DNA from: an uncultured bacterium
GTDB taxonomy: Bacteria > UBP4 > UBA4092
DNA length: 64,000 nucleotides
Reading direction: 5' to 3'
Assembly (NCBI GenBank): GCA_963768165.1
Contig: CAVYHJ010000002.1
Span: 128,676-192,675 of the forward strand
The notes beneath the pieces were generated by a model. It worked only from the letters and a program-made list of their open reading frames with translations. It was not told the origin of the DNA and did not search any database. Below, piece after piece: positions 19,590 to 29,062 of the stretch; position 1 is the stretch's first letter; each line of letters opens with the position of its first letter. The translations under genes and the position numbers were made by a program.

Positions 19590-22403
19590 ATGAGAGACTT
19601 TCTCTACATGGTAGAGAAAGCACAACAAGATAAAAGTAGTCCTCTTAAAATATCATTTTCCCTTCCGCTAATAATTATTCCCAATATTCAGTATATTAGC
19701 ATCCCCATTTCTTTCTCTTTTTATCTCTTATCATCAATCTCTTCAATTATGGGCTGGTGCAGAAAATTAATGATGATAATTTTTAGTTTGTTACTGGTAA
19801 CTCAAGCCAAGACAACTACTAGTGAACCAATCCCCCAACGCGCACCGTTAAATCCCGAATTTATAAAATACCAAGAAGATGTTGCCAAAGGGATTCTCCA
19901 TCCACAATATACGGCGGATGGGCATTATCTAGGTTATATTCCGTCTCCCGTAGATTTATTTTATCTTAAAGGACAAAAGATATTTCAAAATCTCGTTGTG
20001 CCAATGCTCTCATTTCCTTCAACTTACGATCTCCGTACTTATGGAAAAGTATCACCCGTGGAAGCTCAGGAATGTGGGGATTGTTGGATATATGCAACCT
20101 ACGGTTCCTTGGAATCCAACGAGTTAACTGCCGATAAGGCAATTTTCTCCGAAGAACACCTTGATGCTTTCAATGGATTTGATAACGGATGTTGCAATGG
20201 TGGAAATTTTTCGATAACCCAGGCTTATTTGGCGCGATGGAGTGGACCCGTATATGAATCGGATGACCCATACATAAGTTGTAATTCCCCATCAGACCTG
20301 TCATCCTTACCGGCTCGAAAACATGTCCAGGAAGTTGATTGGATTCCTCAAAGAAGTAATTCATTAGACAATGATAATATAAAACTAGCGCTTATGAATT
20401 ATGGAGCGGTGGCCTGTTGTTTTGGGTGGGATAATGCTTATTACAATTCAACGACCTATGCCTATTATTGCGATACGACTGCCGGTTTGGCCGGCCATTG
20501 TGTAACACTCGTGGGATGGGATGATAACTATTCAAGCACTAATTTTGTAACTCCTCCCCCGGGCAATGGTGCATTCCTTATTAAAAACAGTTGGAGTACC
20601 GGTTGGGGCGATAATGGATTCTTCCATATATCCTATTATGACGTAAATGTTGGAGGCTTTACCCTTTTTCGTATGGCGGAGAGTACTACTAATTTTAGTA
20701 ATATTTATCAATATGATCCCTTGGGCCAAACAGCCGGGTATGGTTATGGTTCCTTTACTGGATGGTTTGCTAATATTTTTACAGCGGTTGGTACTGAAAA
20801 GATAACGGCTGTAAGCTTCTATGTGGCTGAACCCAATTCGACTTATACTGTTGCCGTTTATCTGGATCCTACTTCCGGCCCTATCAATAATTCCGGTCCT
20901 GTACTCACAAACTCCAGTACGATTTCCAATCCGGGTTATCAAACAATTAATTTAAGCTCATCTGTATCAGTGAATTCTAGTCAAAGATTTTCTATTGTTG
21001 TTATGCTCAATACTCCCGGTTATTATTGGCCTATTCCTATAGAATCTCAAGACTCGGGTTATAGCAGCGGCGCTACAGCAACGACAGGACAAAGTTATAT
21101 CAGTTCGAATGGATCAAGTTGGACAGATATGACACTAGCTATGCCGAATGCCAACGTATGTTTAAAAGCTTTTTCGTCTTTTACCGAGATATTTATCAAC
21201 GGGTATCTCTTGGATAGTTCCGGCAATCCCCTCAATGGAAGTTATGCCTATGTGGCGGATTGGTATTCCGGGTTACAGATTATCAATATCAGCAATCCTG
21301 CGTCACCGATTTTAACAGGGTCCTATGATGCTACGCTATCCAGTGCCCATGGTGTCGCGGTCAGCGGGAACTATGCCTATGTGGCAGATTATTCTTCTGG
21401 GTTACAGATTATCAATATCAGCAATCCTGCGTCCCCGACTCTGACAGGGTCCTATGCTACGCCGGACTTAGCTTGGAATGTCACAGTGAGTGGAAACTAT
21501 GCCTATGTGGCGGAGGGAGCGGATGATATTTTTTCTGGGTTACAGATTATCAATATCACCAATCCTGCGTCCCCGACTCTAGCAGGGTCCTATGCTACGC
21601 CAAGCTATGCCTATGGTGTCGCGGTGAGTGGGAACTATGCCTATGTAGCGGATTGGAATTCAGGGTTAGAGATTATTAATATCAGCAATCCTACGTCACC
21701 GACTCTAGCGGGGTCCTATGCTACACCGGGTGCCGTAGGTGTCACGGTAAGTGGTAACTCTGCCTATATGGCAGATTATAATTCCGGGTTACAGATTATT
21801 AATATTAGCAATCCTTCTTCTCCGACTCTAGCAGGGCACTATGCTACACCGAGCGATGCCGAAAGTGTTGCGGTGAGTTCAACCTACGCCTATGTGGCGG
21901 AGGATTCCGGGTTACAGATTATTAATATCAGCAATCCTGCTTCCCCGACTCTGGCAGGGTTCTATACTACGTCGGGTATCTGGGGTTGGGGTGTCGCGGT
22001 GAGTGGGAACAATGCCTATGTCGCCGCTGGAAATTTAGAGATTATTAATATCAGCACTGCTTCTTTACCCACTCTGGTCGGTTCCTATGCTACGGGCTAT
22101 GCCGAAAGTGTTGCGGTGAGTGTAGTCACCGCGAGAATCACCATGAGTTTGAGTGGAACTACCTCAGGATCAACCAATGCCGATTCCAATGGATATTACC
22201 AGTTTACCAATTTATCTCTTGGAGGGAATTATACCGTGACTCCCGGCGAAACTCATTATACGTTCAGTCCACCATACCAGACTTACAATTCATTAACTTC
22301 CTACCAGTCTAATCAGAACTTTACAGGAACTATTAGTTTGCCCGCAATCAAAGATTGGATGTTATATTCGACAGAATCTGACTATATGCGTCATAGGTTT
22401 TAG
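19590..22403 (+). CDS. Secreted papain-family (C1A) cysteine peptidase with 8 LVIVD repeats and a C-terminal Cna-B/carboxypeptidase-regulatory-like domain.
   Basis: Catalytic motifs QECGDCWIYA (Cys), HCVTLVGWDD (His) and NSWSTGWGDNGFF (Asn). There are eight repeats of about 40 aa (YAYVAD..SGLQIINISNPASPTL.GSYAT). The signal peptide starts at the internal Met 19749, so the true start may be 19749 rather than 19590, although 19590 has the AAAGGGGA RBS. The C-terminal tail reads KDWMLYSTESDYMRHRF. Confidence 0.8.
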   Translation: MRDFLYMVEKAQQDKSSPLKISFSLPLIIIPNIQYISIPISFSFYLLSSISSIMGWCRKLMMIIFSLLLVTQAKTTTSEPIPQRAPLNPEFIKYQEDVAKGILHPQYTADGHYLGYIPSPVDLFYLKGQKIFQNLVVPMLSFPSTYDLRTYGKVSPVEAQECGDCWIYATYGSLESNELTADKAIFSEEHLDAFNGFDNGCCNGGNFSITQAYLARWSGPVYESDDPYISCNSPSDLSSLPARKHVQEVDWIPQRSNSLDNDNIKLALMNYGAVACCFGWDNAYYNSTTYAYYCDTTAGLAGHCVTLVGWDDNYSSTNFVTPPPGNGAFLIKNSWSTGWGDNGFFHISYYDVNVGGFTLFRMAESTTNFSNIYQYDPLGQTAGYGYGSFTGWFANIFTAVGTEKITAVSFYVAEPNSTYTVAVYLDPTSGPINNSGPVLTNSSTISNPGYQTINLSSSVSVNSSQRFSIVVMLNTPGYYWPIPIESQDSGYSSGATATTGQSYISSNGSSWTDMTLAMPNANVCLKAFSSFTEIFINGYLLDSSGNPLNGSYAYVADWYSGLQIINISNPASPILTGSYDATLSSAHGVAVSGNYAYVADYSSGLQIINISNPASPTLTGSYATPDLAWNVTVSGNYAYVAEGADDIFSGLQIINITNPASPTLAGSYATPSYAYGVAVSGNYAYVADWNSGLEIINISNPTSPTLAGSYATPGAVGVTVSGNSAYMADYNSGLQIINISNPSSPTLAGHYATPSDAESVAVSSTYAYVAEDSGLQIINISNPASPTLAGFYTTSGIWGWGVAVSGNNAYVAAGNLEIINISTASLPTLVGSYATGYAESVAVSVVTARITMSLSGTTSGSTNADSNGYYQFTNLSLGGNYTVTPGETHYTFSPPYQTYNSLTSYQSNQNFTGTISLPAIKDWMLYSTESDYMRHRF
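21243..22125 (+). repeat. Intragenic tandem DNA repeats of about 120 bp that encode the LVIVD repeats.
   Basis: GGGTTACAGATTATCAATATCAGCAATCCTGCGTC(A/C)CCGACTCT recurs at high identity about 8 times. Confidence 0.8.
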
Positions 22404-22601
22404 TCCCTTGGAAATTTAATAACCTTTGGCCTTACCTGATACGATTGGATCATGAATGGGGAAAGTACCTACGGAGTAATAAAATGGTTTCCAAACGCAC
22501 CCTTGTCTTATTATCAATTTATTTTCTGATATAGAATTCTTTAAGTTGAATTTTTTACTATTCTATGACATATTTCTATTCAACTGAAAGGTGTTTTATT
22601 A

Positions 22602-23408
22602 ATGAAGAAATGTCCATATTGCTTTAGCGAAATAGATGAAAGAGCTATTCTTTGCCCAAATTGCCGAAAGAAGGTAGGTGCTATGGGAAAAGACGGAATA
22701 GCAACAAAACCTAAGGGATGTTGGATAGCATTACTTGTTATAGCAATTGTTTTAATTGTTTTCACCGCTTTTGTAGTATTAATTATCTTGTTTAACAGAG
22801 TAGTATCTTCTAGTAGTTCTACAACTACTTCCATATCAAAACCTTCAAAAGAACTGACTCCAGAGCAAAAAGCAATTGCAAGTAAATTCCAAATTACTGG
22901 TCGTTACAATACTTTTGGTCGTAGTGGTGATGACGAATTAGCATTATTAATGCCGAAGAACAGTTCAAAAGAAGATTTGAAATCATTGATCCTTACCTTA
23001 AGACAAGTCCGGCAGGATAATAATTTCATTAAATTTGGAATCCCACCTACAACTCCAGAAGGTCATTTCGATGAAAGTGCACCTATGTTTCGTAATTTCC
23101 ATAAATTATATGGTAATTATGCACTAATTGTAATCTATGTATTTACTGATCCTGAATGGGCAACTAGTGATAATTTGAGAAAATTTGATTCACCTACTGA
23201 TTCAGAATTTGAAGATAAACTTTACCACCGAAATTTTATCCCAGAATTTTCTCAACATGTGAAAGCATTTTATTGGTGGCAGGCATACCCGTATGAATGT
23301 GAAATAGGTACTTTGGGTTTCAAGAGCAATATATCAGAATTCAATGCCGATAAAGACCAGGGAGCCAATTACGAGGCACTTTTTAATTACAGAGAGAAAG
23401 GTAAATAA
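22602..23408 (+). CDS. Hypothetical membrane-anchored protein with an N-terminal zinc ribbon (CPYC...CPNC), one TM helix, a Ser/Thr linker and a C-terminal domain of about 180 aa with no recognised family.
   Basis: ORF with a GAAAGGTG RBS. It lies in an AT-rich (about 33% GC) block. Confidence 0.5.
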   Translation: MKKCPYCFSEIDERAILCPNCRKKVGAMGKDGIATKPKGCWIALLVIAIVLIVFTAFVVLIILFNRVVSSSSSTTTSISKPSKELTPEQKAIASKFQITGRYNTFGRSGDDELALLMPKNSSKEDLKSLILTLRQVRQDNNFIKFGIPPTTPEGHFDESAPMFRNFHKLYGNYALIVIYVFTDPEWATSDNLRKFDSPTDSEFEDKLYHRNFIPEFSQHVKAFYWWQAYPYECEIGTLGFKSNISEFNADKDQGANYEALFNYREKGK

Positions 23409-23549
23409 CTTTTTTGAAGAATATATTTCGATCTGAGAGCTCAAATATAGCTCAAGATGGATTATTTATGGTTATAAAACAAATGAAGTATCAATGGAAA
23501 AGTGGGAGAAAAAGTGGTTTTGCCATCGTTGCGGAGAGGTGTTTGATTT

Positions 23550-24293
23550 ATGATTGATCAACATGAAATATTTACAAAGTTTCTAAAAGATCATCTTAAT
23601 TCCTCCATTTTTTTAGACGAAATTTTGCCTAAGAAAGAAGAGAAGGCTGATTTCCTCTTATACAATAAACAAATAATTTCTGAACTTAAGGAATTACAAA
23701 AGGATCATACTAGCAAAATTATTAGTTTTTCAAAAAGATATTCAAGTGAAAATAATATTACTCCACGGCAAATACAATTAAATCCCATAGAGTATCGAAA
23801 ATTTTTAAAGTTAGCCAATGAACGATTAACGCGGAAATTAACGCATACATTATTTCATGATATTAATAAGGCGAACACGCAGATACAAAGTACAAGGGAG
23901 TATTTGAAAAATGATCCACGATACTCAAATATTTATAATATACCGGGAATGGTTATTATTATAAATAGTTCTGACAATGCTCTTTTGGCAAAAATAGCAT
24001 TACAAGCATTAATCAGAAAACTTGGTTTTTCGTCATCTAGGAAGAAATTAATTTGTAGTAATATCAAGGTATGTTTTTATATATCATTATGCTTTGAACC
24101 CATTACTCTTGATGGGAACCAAATGCCGTCAGTTGTTATAATTAATAGAGTATTTAATAATGAACACCAATTAAGCAGATCCAATTTAGATTTTATTAAA
24201 CACTTAAGGGCTTTGTGGATTATGAAATTTGTTAAGTCAAAGAGTTTTAGAACACCTCCAAGTACAAATATTGATGGGTGTGCTATACAATAA
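23550..24293 (+). CDS. Hypothetical protein (247 aa) with no recognised family, in the same AT-rich block.
   Basis: ORF only. The low GC suggests horizontal acquisition. Confidence 0.4.
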   Translation: MIDQHEIFTKFLKDHLNSSIFLDEILPKKEEKADFLLYNKQIISELKELQKDHTSKIISFSKRYSSENNITPRQIQLNPIEYRKFLKLANERLTRKLTHTLFHDINKANTQIQSTREYLKNDPRYSNIYNIPGMVIIINSSDNALLAKIALQALIRKLGFSSSRKKLICSNIKVCFYISLCFEPITLDGNQMPSVVIINRVFNNEHQLSRSNLDFIKHLRALWIMKFVKSKSFRTPPSTNIDGCAIQ

Positions 24294-24406
24294 AATAAAA
24301 AATATGTCCCGATATGAGAATCGGGAATAGATGTGGAAGAGGTTCCCGACGTCACAAAATAATTCTTCTACAAATGCAGAATTACTCCCCTTGGCTGAAA
24401 TCCGCC

Positions 24407-24430
24407 AGCTTTCTGCGACCGTAGAAAGTT
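24407..24430. promoter_or_regulatory. Imperfect operator-like palindrome AGCTTTCTGCGACCGTAGAAAGTT, a member of the AAACTTTCY-N8-RGAAAGTTT motif family.
   Basis: Inverted arms CTTTCT/AGAAAG with an 8-bp spacer. It lies 83 bp upstream of the perfect site. Confidence 0.4.
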
Positions 24431-24456
24431 TATAATACTAATCAACTCAGTCTTAG

Positions 24457-24640
24457 AGAAAACCTTTGACATTTGAGATCACTGAAAAAGTGACTTTCTC
24501 TATCTTTTTAAAAAACTTTCTGCAATTGCAGAAAGTTTATCTCCAATGAAATCAAGTGTTTAGAATAATTGTACGTTCGCACAATTATTATTTTCCACAT
24601 AAATTGGACTTTTTCAGAGGTCTCATTTGTCAAAGGTTTT
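24457..24640. repeat. Structured element of about 185 bp bounded by 32-bp imperfect terminal inverted repeats (AAAACCTTTGACATTTGAGATCACTGAAAAAG ... CTTTTTCAGAGGTCTCATTTGTCAAAGGTTTT). The perfect 26-bp palindrome lies inside it.
   Basis: The arms match at about 28/32 positions as reverse complements. MITE-like or long-hairpin architecture. Confidence 0.5.
24513..24538. promoter_or_regulatory. Perfect 26-bp palindrome AAACTTTCTGCAATTGCAGAAAGTTT, a candidate dimeric-regulator operator upstream of the GH-like gene triplet.
   Basis: Exact reverse-complement symmetry. A same-length related site AAACTTTCCACGGTAGCGGAAAGTTT occurs at 42012-42037 upstream of a prepilin gene. Confidence 0.5.
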
Positions 24641-24728
24641 TAGAATGATCTAGTCGAAGAAAATTATCCTCATCTCCACCGACGATTCTTTTCAAATCCC
24701 CTGCCATCCATGCTATACTTTTATAGTC

Positions 24729-25787
24729 ATGATGAGCTGTGCCCAACGACGAGTTATAATTCCTTCCTGTTTTCTCATCGTCCTATTTTTATCCGTCTCC
24801 GGTCATAGCGATTCTTTCACTCCTGTCTGGCAAAAAGGCATGTCTTATGTCCCCTGGAGTTGGAGTATCCTATCCACCACGGATTCAAATTCTTCCATCC
24901 AGATAATGTCTTCTGATTCAATCCAATGGGTCGCCCTGTGCGATTTTTGGTTTCAAGCCAATGGGTCATCCACAACCATCGGTCCGGATGAGTCACGATA
25001 TAGTGCCAGCACCGAATCGATTAAATATGCCATCGATCAAATTCATGCCAATGGAATGAAAGTCATGTTAAAACCTATGGTAGATTTGGATAATGGAGTT
25101 TGGCGCGCGTATATCACACCTTCCAATGATTGGTTTTCCAGTTACTCCGCCTATATCCAGTTTTGGTCAGACCTGGCCACTGAGAAAAATGTGGATATGC
25201 TTTGTATCGGATGTGAATTTAAAGATACCCAATCTTGGGATTCCAGTTGGCGCATGATCGCCGCCACCGCTCGCGCTCATTATTCCGGACCCATTACTTA
25301 TGCTGCCAATCATGACGATTTTAACTATGTCACGTGGTGGGATGCGGTAGATTATATTGGGATTGATGCTTATTTTGCTTTAACCAATACGGATACACCC
25401 ACCCTCGAACAACTCTCCTCCGCATGGGATAACACAGCAAATTTCATTGAATCTTTCCGGAATTCCAACTTTCCTACAGAACAGGTAGTGTTTACAGAAA
25501 TCGGGTATCAAAGCGAGGATGGAACCAATGAAACCCCTTGGAATACGACCGGGGGTGCCGTTGATACCGCCGAACAACAACAGTGTTATGAAGCGTGTTT
25601 TGAAGTCATGACTCAGCGAAATTGGTTTGATGGTATGTATTGGTGGAACTGGGAAACCAGCCCTACTGCCGGTGGACCAAATGATAACGGGTTTACTCCC
25701 CAAAACAAACCTGCGGAAGCTACAGTAAAATTGTGGTATTCCAAAACCATCCCTTTGGTTCCTGTTGATGATTGGTATAAGTATTAG
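24729..25787 (+). CDS. Secreted putative glycoside hydrolase, clan GH-A-like TIM barrel (paralog 1 of 3).
   Basis: Signal peptide. Candidate acid/base Glu in the motif CIGCEF and nucleophile Glu in VFTEIGY. The WRMIAATARAHY motif is conserved across all three tandem paralogs. Assignment to a GH family is an inference. Confidence 0.5.
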   Translation: MMSCAQRRVIIPSCFLIVLFLSVSGHSDSFTPVWQKGMSYVPWSWSILSTTDSNSSIQIMSSDSIQWVALCDFWFQANGSSTTIGPDESRYSASTESIKYAIDQIHANGMKVMLKPMVDLDNGVWRAYITPSNDWFSSYSAYIQFWSDLATEKNVDMLCIGCEFKDTQSWDSSWRMIAATARAHYSGPITYAANHDDFNYVTWWDAVDYIGIDAYFALTNTDTPTLEQLSSAWDNTANFIESFRNSNFPTEQVVFTEIGYQSEDGTNETPWNTTGGAVDTAEQQQCYEACFEVMTQRNWFDGMYWWNWETSPTAGGPNDNGFTPQNKPAEATVKLWYSKTIPLVPVDDWYKY

Positions 25788-25864
25788 AAAACCAAACACC
25801 GAGATATATCCTTTATCGTAATTTCCTATTCCCTTTTGTTCCTGTTATAATAATTTCCGCAGTT

Positions 25865-26905
25865 ATGAAATCAGCCGCGCGTAACATTACTCTCATCTCC
25901 ATTCTTTTAGTAATCCTTTTTATATCCAGTTCCAGCCAAGCCACATCTTTTCAACCTGTTTGGCAAAAAGGGGTATCCTACGTTGCCTACCGCTGGGCAA
26001 TGCTCACAACAACAACTTCAGATTCTTCGATTCAAATGATGGCATCCGATTCAGTCAATTGGGTTGCCTTGTGTATCAGTTGGATACAGGATAATGAAAC
26101 CACCACCATTAAATTTCCCGATGATAATAATTTACAAGCACAAACTAAAGCAATCAAATGTGCCGTCGACCGATTCCATGCCAAACATATTAATGTCATG
26201 TTAAAACCCATGATTAACTTGCGAAACCACAAATGGCGTGCTGCTATTGAACCATCGAATGCCTGGTTCTCCAGTTATTCTTCCTACATTCAGTTTTGGT
26301 CAAAACTGGCAACCCAGCAACATGCCGAAGCGCTGTGTATCGGTTGTGAATTCAGAAACACCCAGCCCTGGGATTCTAGTTGGCGGATGATTGCGGCGAC
26401 TGCTCGTGCCCATTATAAAGGACCCCTAACCTATGCGCCGAATTGGGATGACTATACCACCGTCAAGTGGTGGGATGCCGTGGATTATATCGGCATTGAT
26501 GCCTACTTTCCTTTGACGACAACCGTCCATCCAACGCTTTCCGAATTGTCTTCCGGATGGGCCCTTCAAGCGGATAATATTGAATCGTGGCGTAATGCCA
26601 ATTACCCTACCCGGCCCGTCATCTTCACTGAAATTGGATATTGCAGCGCCGACAGCACCAACATAACCCCGTGGGAAGGGCGGCTGGGTGACACCAACCC
26701 CAATATACAACGCGATTGTTACGATGCCTGTCTGGAAGTCATGACGCAAAGAAAATGGTTCTACGGAATCTATTGGTGGAGTTGGGAAATTAATCCAAAC
26801 GCCGGGGGAATACAAGATCACGGGTTCTCCCCGCAAAATAAACCGGCGGAAACTGTATTGAAGACTTGGTATTCCAAATCTTTACCTTTGACGAACATAA
26901 AATAA
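25865..26905 (+). CDS. Secreted putative GH-A-like glycoside hydrolase (paralog 2 of 3).
   Basis: About 55-60% identical by eye to paralog 1, with the same GCEF and FTEIGY motifs. Confidence 0.5.
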   Translation: MKSAARNITLISILLVILFISSSSQATSFQPVWQKGVSYVAYRWAMLTTTTSDSSIQMMASDSVNWVALCISWIQDNETTTIKFPDDNNLQAQTKAIKCAVDRFHAKHINVMLKPMINLRNHKWRAAIEPSNAWFSSYSSYIQFWSKLATQQHAEALCIGCEFRNTQPWDSSWRMIAATARAHYKGPLTYAPNWDDYTTVKWWDAVDYIGIDAYFPLTTTVHPTLSELSSGWALQADNIESWRNANYPTRPVIFTEIGYCSADSTNITPWEGRLGDTNPNIQRDCYDACLEVMTQRKWFYGIYWWSWEINPNAGGIQDHGFSPQNKPAETVLKTWYSKSLPLTNIK

Positions 26906-26974
26906 TTTTTTATTCTATTTTAGGAATCATCACCATTCATTCACATTACAAAACAACAAAGGGGACAATTTTTT

Positions 26975-28048
26975 ATGACGAATAAATACTTTAGATACGC
27001 CTGTGAACTTATCATACTGTTCTCATTTTTTGTCGGAACATACCCGCATGGACAAGCCGCTTCTTCAAATCCTGTTTTCCAAAAAGGGGTCTCTTACATC
27101 GGTTGGAAATGGGACGAGTTAACCTCTGCTGAATCCAATGGCGCTATCCAGCAAATGGCGGATGACTCCGTGAAATGGGTCGCGTTATGTGACTTTTGGT
27201 TTCAAGATGGTGCTAATGCCGTCACGATTTATTCGGATTCAACGAGACATAGTACCAGTACACCATCCCTTAAATATGCCATCCGCCAACTTCACGCACA
27301 CGGTCTTAAAGTCATGTTGAAACCTATGGTTGATTTAACCACCGGGTGGTGGCGCGCATCCATTCAGCCGTCTAATGAATGGTTTTCAAGTTATTCTTCT
27401 TATATCCAATTTTGGTCTGAGTTTTCAAAAGAAAATAACGTGGATATGTTATGCCTGGGTTGTGAATATAAACGTACTCAGTCTTGGGATTCCAGTTGGC
27501 GAATGATTGCAGCAACTGCCCGGTCTCATTTTAAAGGACCCCTCACTTATGCAGCCAACTGGGATGATTACACTACAGTCACTTGGTGGGATACTGTGGA
27601 TTATATCGGCATTGATGCATATTTCCCGTTATCCACCACCGAAAATCTAACTTTATCCGACTTGTCAGCATCTTGGTCTGCGAAAGCTGACACGATTGAA
27701 TCCTGGTTATACTCTTATTATTCCACCAAACCGGTCATCTTTACGGAGATCGGTTACCAAAATCGGAAGAACTCCTATATACGTCCGGCTTCTTATAGGT
27801 CGAGAAATGCAGTGGTCGACAATACCATTCAACAAAACTGTTACCAGGCCAGTTTTGATGTCTTGACGAAACGTCCCTGGTTTTCTGGTTTTTATTGGTG
27901 GCAGTGGGATACCAGTTCCACTTCCGGCGGACCTGATACCGTTTCTTTTACTCCTCAAAATAAACCGGCAGAAACAACTCTACGGGCATGGTATTCCAAG
28001 ACTCTTCCCCTGACTCAGAATACCCTAAAAACCAAGAATTCCAAATAA
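26975..28048 (+). CDS. Secreted putative GH-A-like glycoside hydrolase (paralog 3 of 3).
   Basis: Same conserved motifs (LGCEY, FTEIGY, WRMIAATARSHF). Confidence 0.5.
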   Translation: MTNKYFRYACELIILFSFFVGTYPHGQAASSNPVFQKGVSYIGWKWDELTSAESNGAIQQMADDSVKWVALCDFWFQDGANAVTIYSDSTRHSTSTPSLKYAIRQLHAHGLKVMLKPMVDLTTGWWRASIQPSNEWFSSYSSYIQFWSEFSKENNVDMLCLGCEYKRTQSWDSSWRMIAATARSHFKGPLTYAANWDDYTTVTWWDTVDYIGIDAYFPLSTTENLTLSDLSASWSAKADTIESWLYSYYSTKPVIFTEIGYQNRKNSYIRPASYRSRNAVVDNTIQQNCYQASFDVLTKRPWFSGFYWWQWDTSSTSGGPDTVSFTPQNKPAETTLRAWYSKTLPLTQNTLKTKNSK

Positions 28049-28093
28049 CGGTTTCGCTAGACGATTTTGCATAATCTACGCTAAACTCTCTAC

Positions 28094-28942
28094 ATGCTCA
28101 ATTCAGCCACTATCATTATTCCGGCGTATAATGAGGAACAATCTATCGGGCCGGTCATTGATGAGATTCAACAGGTATTAAAAAATGAAAACCTTTCCAT
28201 TCCCATCCTGGTTGTGGATGACGGGTCTACGGATAAAACCTCAGACATTGCCAAATCCAAACAGGTTCAAGTCTTTCGCCATGAAGAAAATCGTGGGTAT
28301 GGCGCTGCATTAAAAACCGGAATCCATCGCGCGACGACCGAATTCATTATCATTATGGATGCCGATAAAACCTATCCCGCGTCCGTGATTCCTCAAATGT
28401 TACAATACACCGAAATGTATGACATGGTCGTAGGGAATCGGAATACCAAGCCGTCCATGCGGGTTTTTGCCAAATGGTTCTTGGTTAAGTTGGCGAATTT
28501 CCTTGCCGAGACCAAAATCCCGGATTTGAATTCAGGATTTCGTCTAATCCGTAAATCTGCTTTGGAACGGTTTTGGTTTATCCTGCCCAATGGGTTTTCC
28601 TTCACGACCACCATTACCCTCGCTATGCTTTGCAACGGGTATGCGGTAAAATATATTCCAATAGAGTATCGCGAGCGTTCGGGCGTATCTAAAATCAGAC
28701 CGGTTCGAAATACGTGGCAGTTTTTGATTCTCATTATTCGGACAATTGTCTATTTTAACCCGTTGAGAGTCTTTCTACCGGTCGGGTTTATTATGATATT
28801 CGGCGGTATATTTATCGGCTTTTATACACATTTTGCTCAGGGCGGAGTTTATAAAGTAACCACAACTACCATGGTTATTGGCGGAGTTCAAATCCTGATG
28901 TTAGGCTTTTTAGCCGATCTCATCGCTAAAAAGTCGAAATGA
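28094..28942 (+). CDS. GT2 polyprenol-phosphate glycosyltransferase (GtrB/ArnC-like) with C-terminal TM helices.
   Basis: IIIPAYNEE...VVDDGSTDKT...DADKTY motifs, and two C-terminal TM segments as in GtrB-type enzymes. Confidence 0.75.
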   Translation: MLNSATIIIPAYNEEQSIGPVIDEIQQVLKNENLSIPILVVDDGSTDKTSDIAKSKQVQVFRHEENRGYGAALKTGIHRATTEFIIIMDADKTYPASVIPQMLQYTEMYDMVVGNRNTKPSMRVFAKWFLVKLANFLAETKIPDLNSGFRLIRKSALERFWFILPNGFSFTTTITLAMLCNGYAVKYIPIEYRERSGVSKIRPVRNTWQFLILIIRTIVYFNPLRVFLPVGFIMIFGGIFIGFYTHFAQGGVYKVTTTTMVIGGVQILMLGFLADLIAKKSK

Positions 28943-29062
28943 TACGGTAAATACAAGTTTAAATAGCAATTTATATTCGAAAATGAAGCGAGGCTAAAGT
29001 GGAGGGGGACTGGAATTGAAAAAAGCAATTCCAGTCCCCCTCCGTAACCAAATCGGTATAAA

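Noticed and set aside
21243-22125. Regularly spaced repeats of about 120 bp that could superficially resemble a CRISPR array. The same applies to the Kelch repeats at 62740-63720.
   Set aside because: The repeats are in-frame inside long ORFs, encode LVIVD and Kelch protein repeats, are imperfect, and have no unique spacers or leader.
22580-22834. 84-aa minus-strand ORF overlapping the start of the zinc-ribbon protein gene.
   Set aside because: It overlaps the RBS and 5' end of a better-supported plus-strand gene and has no independent signal.
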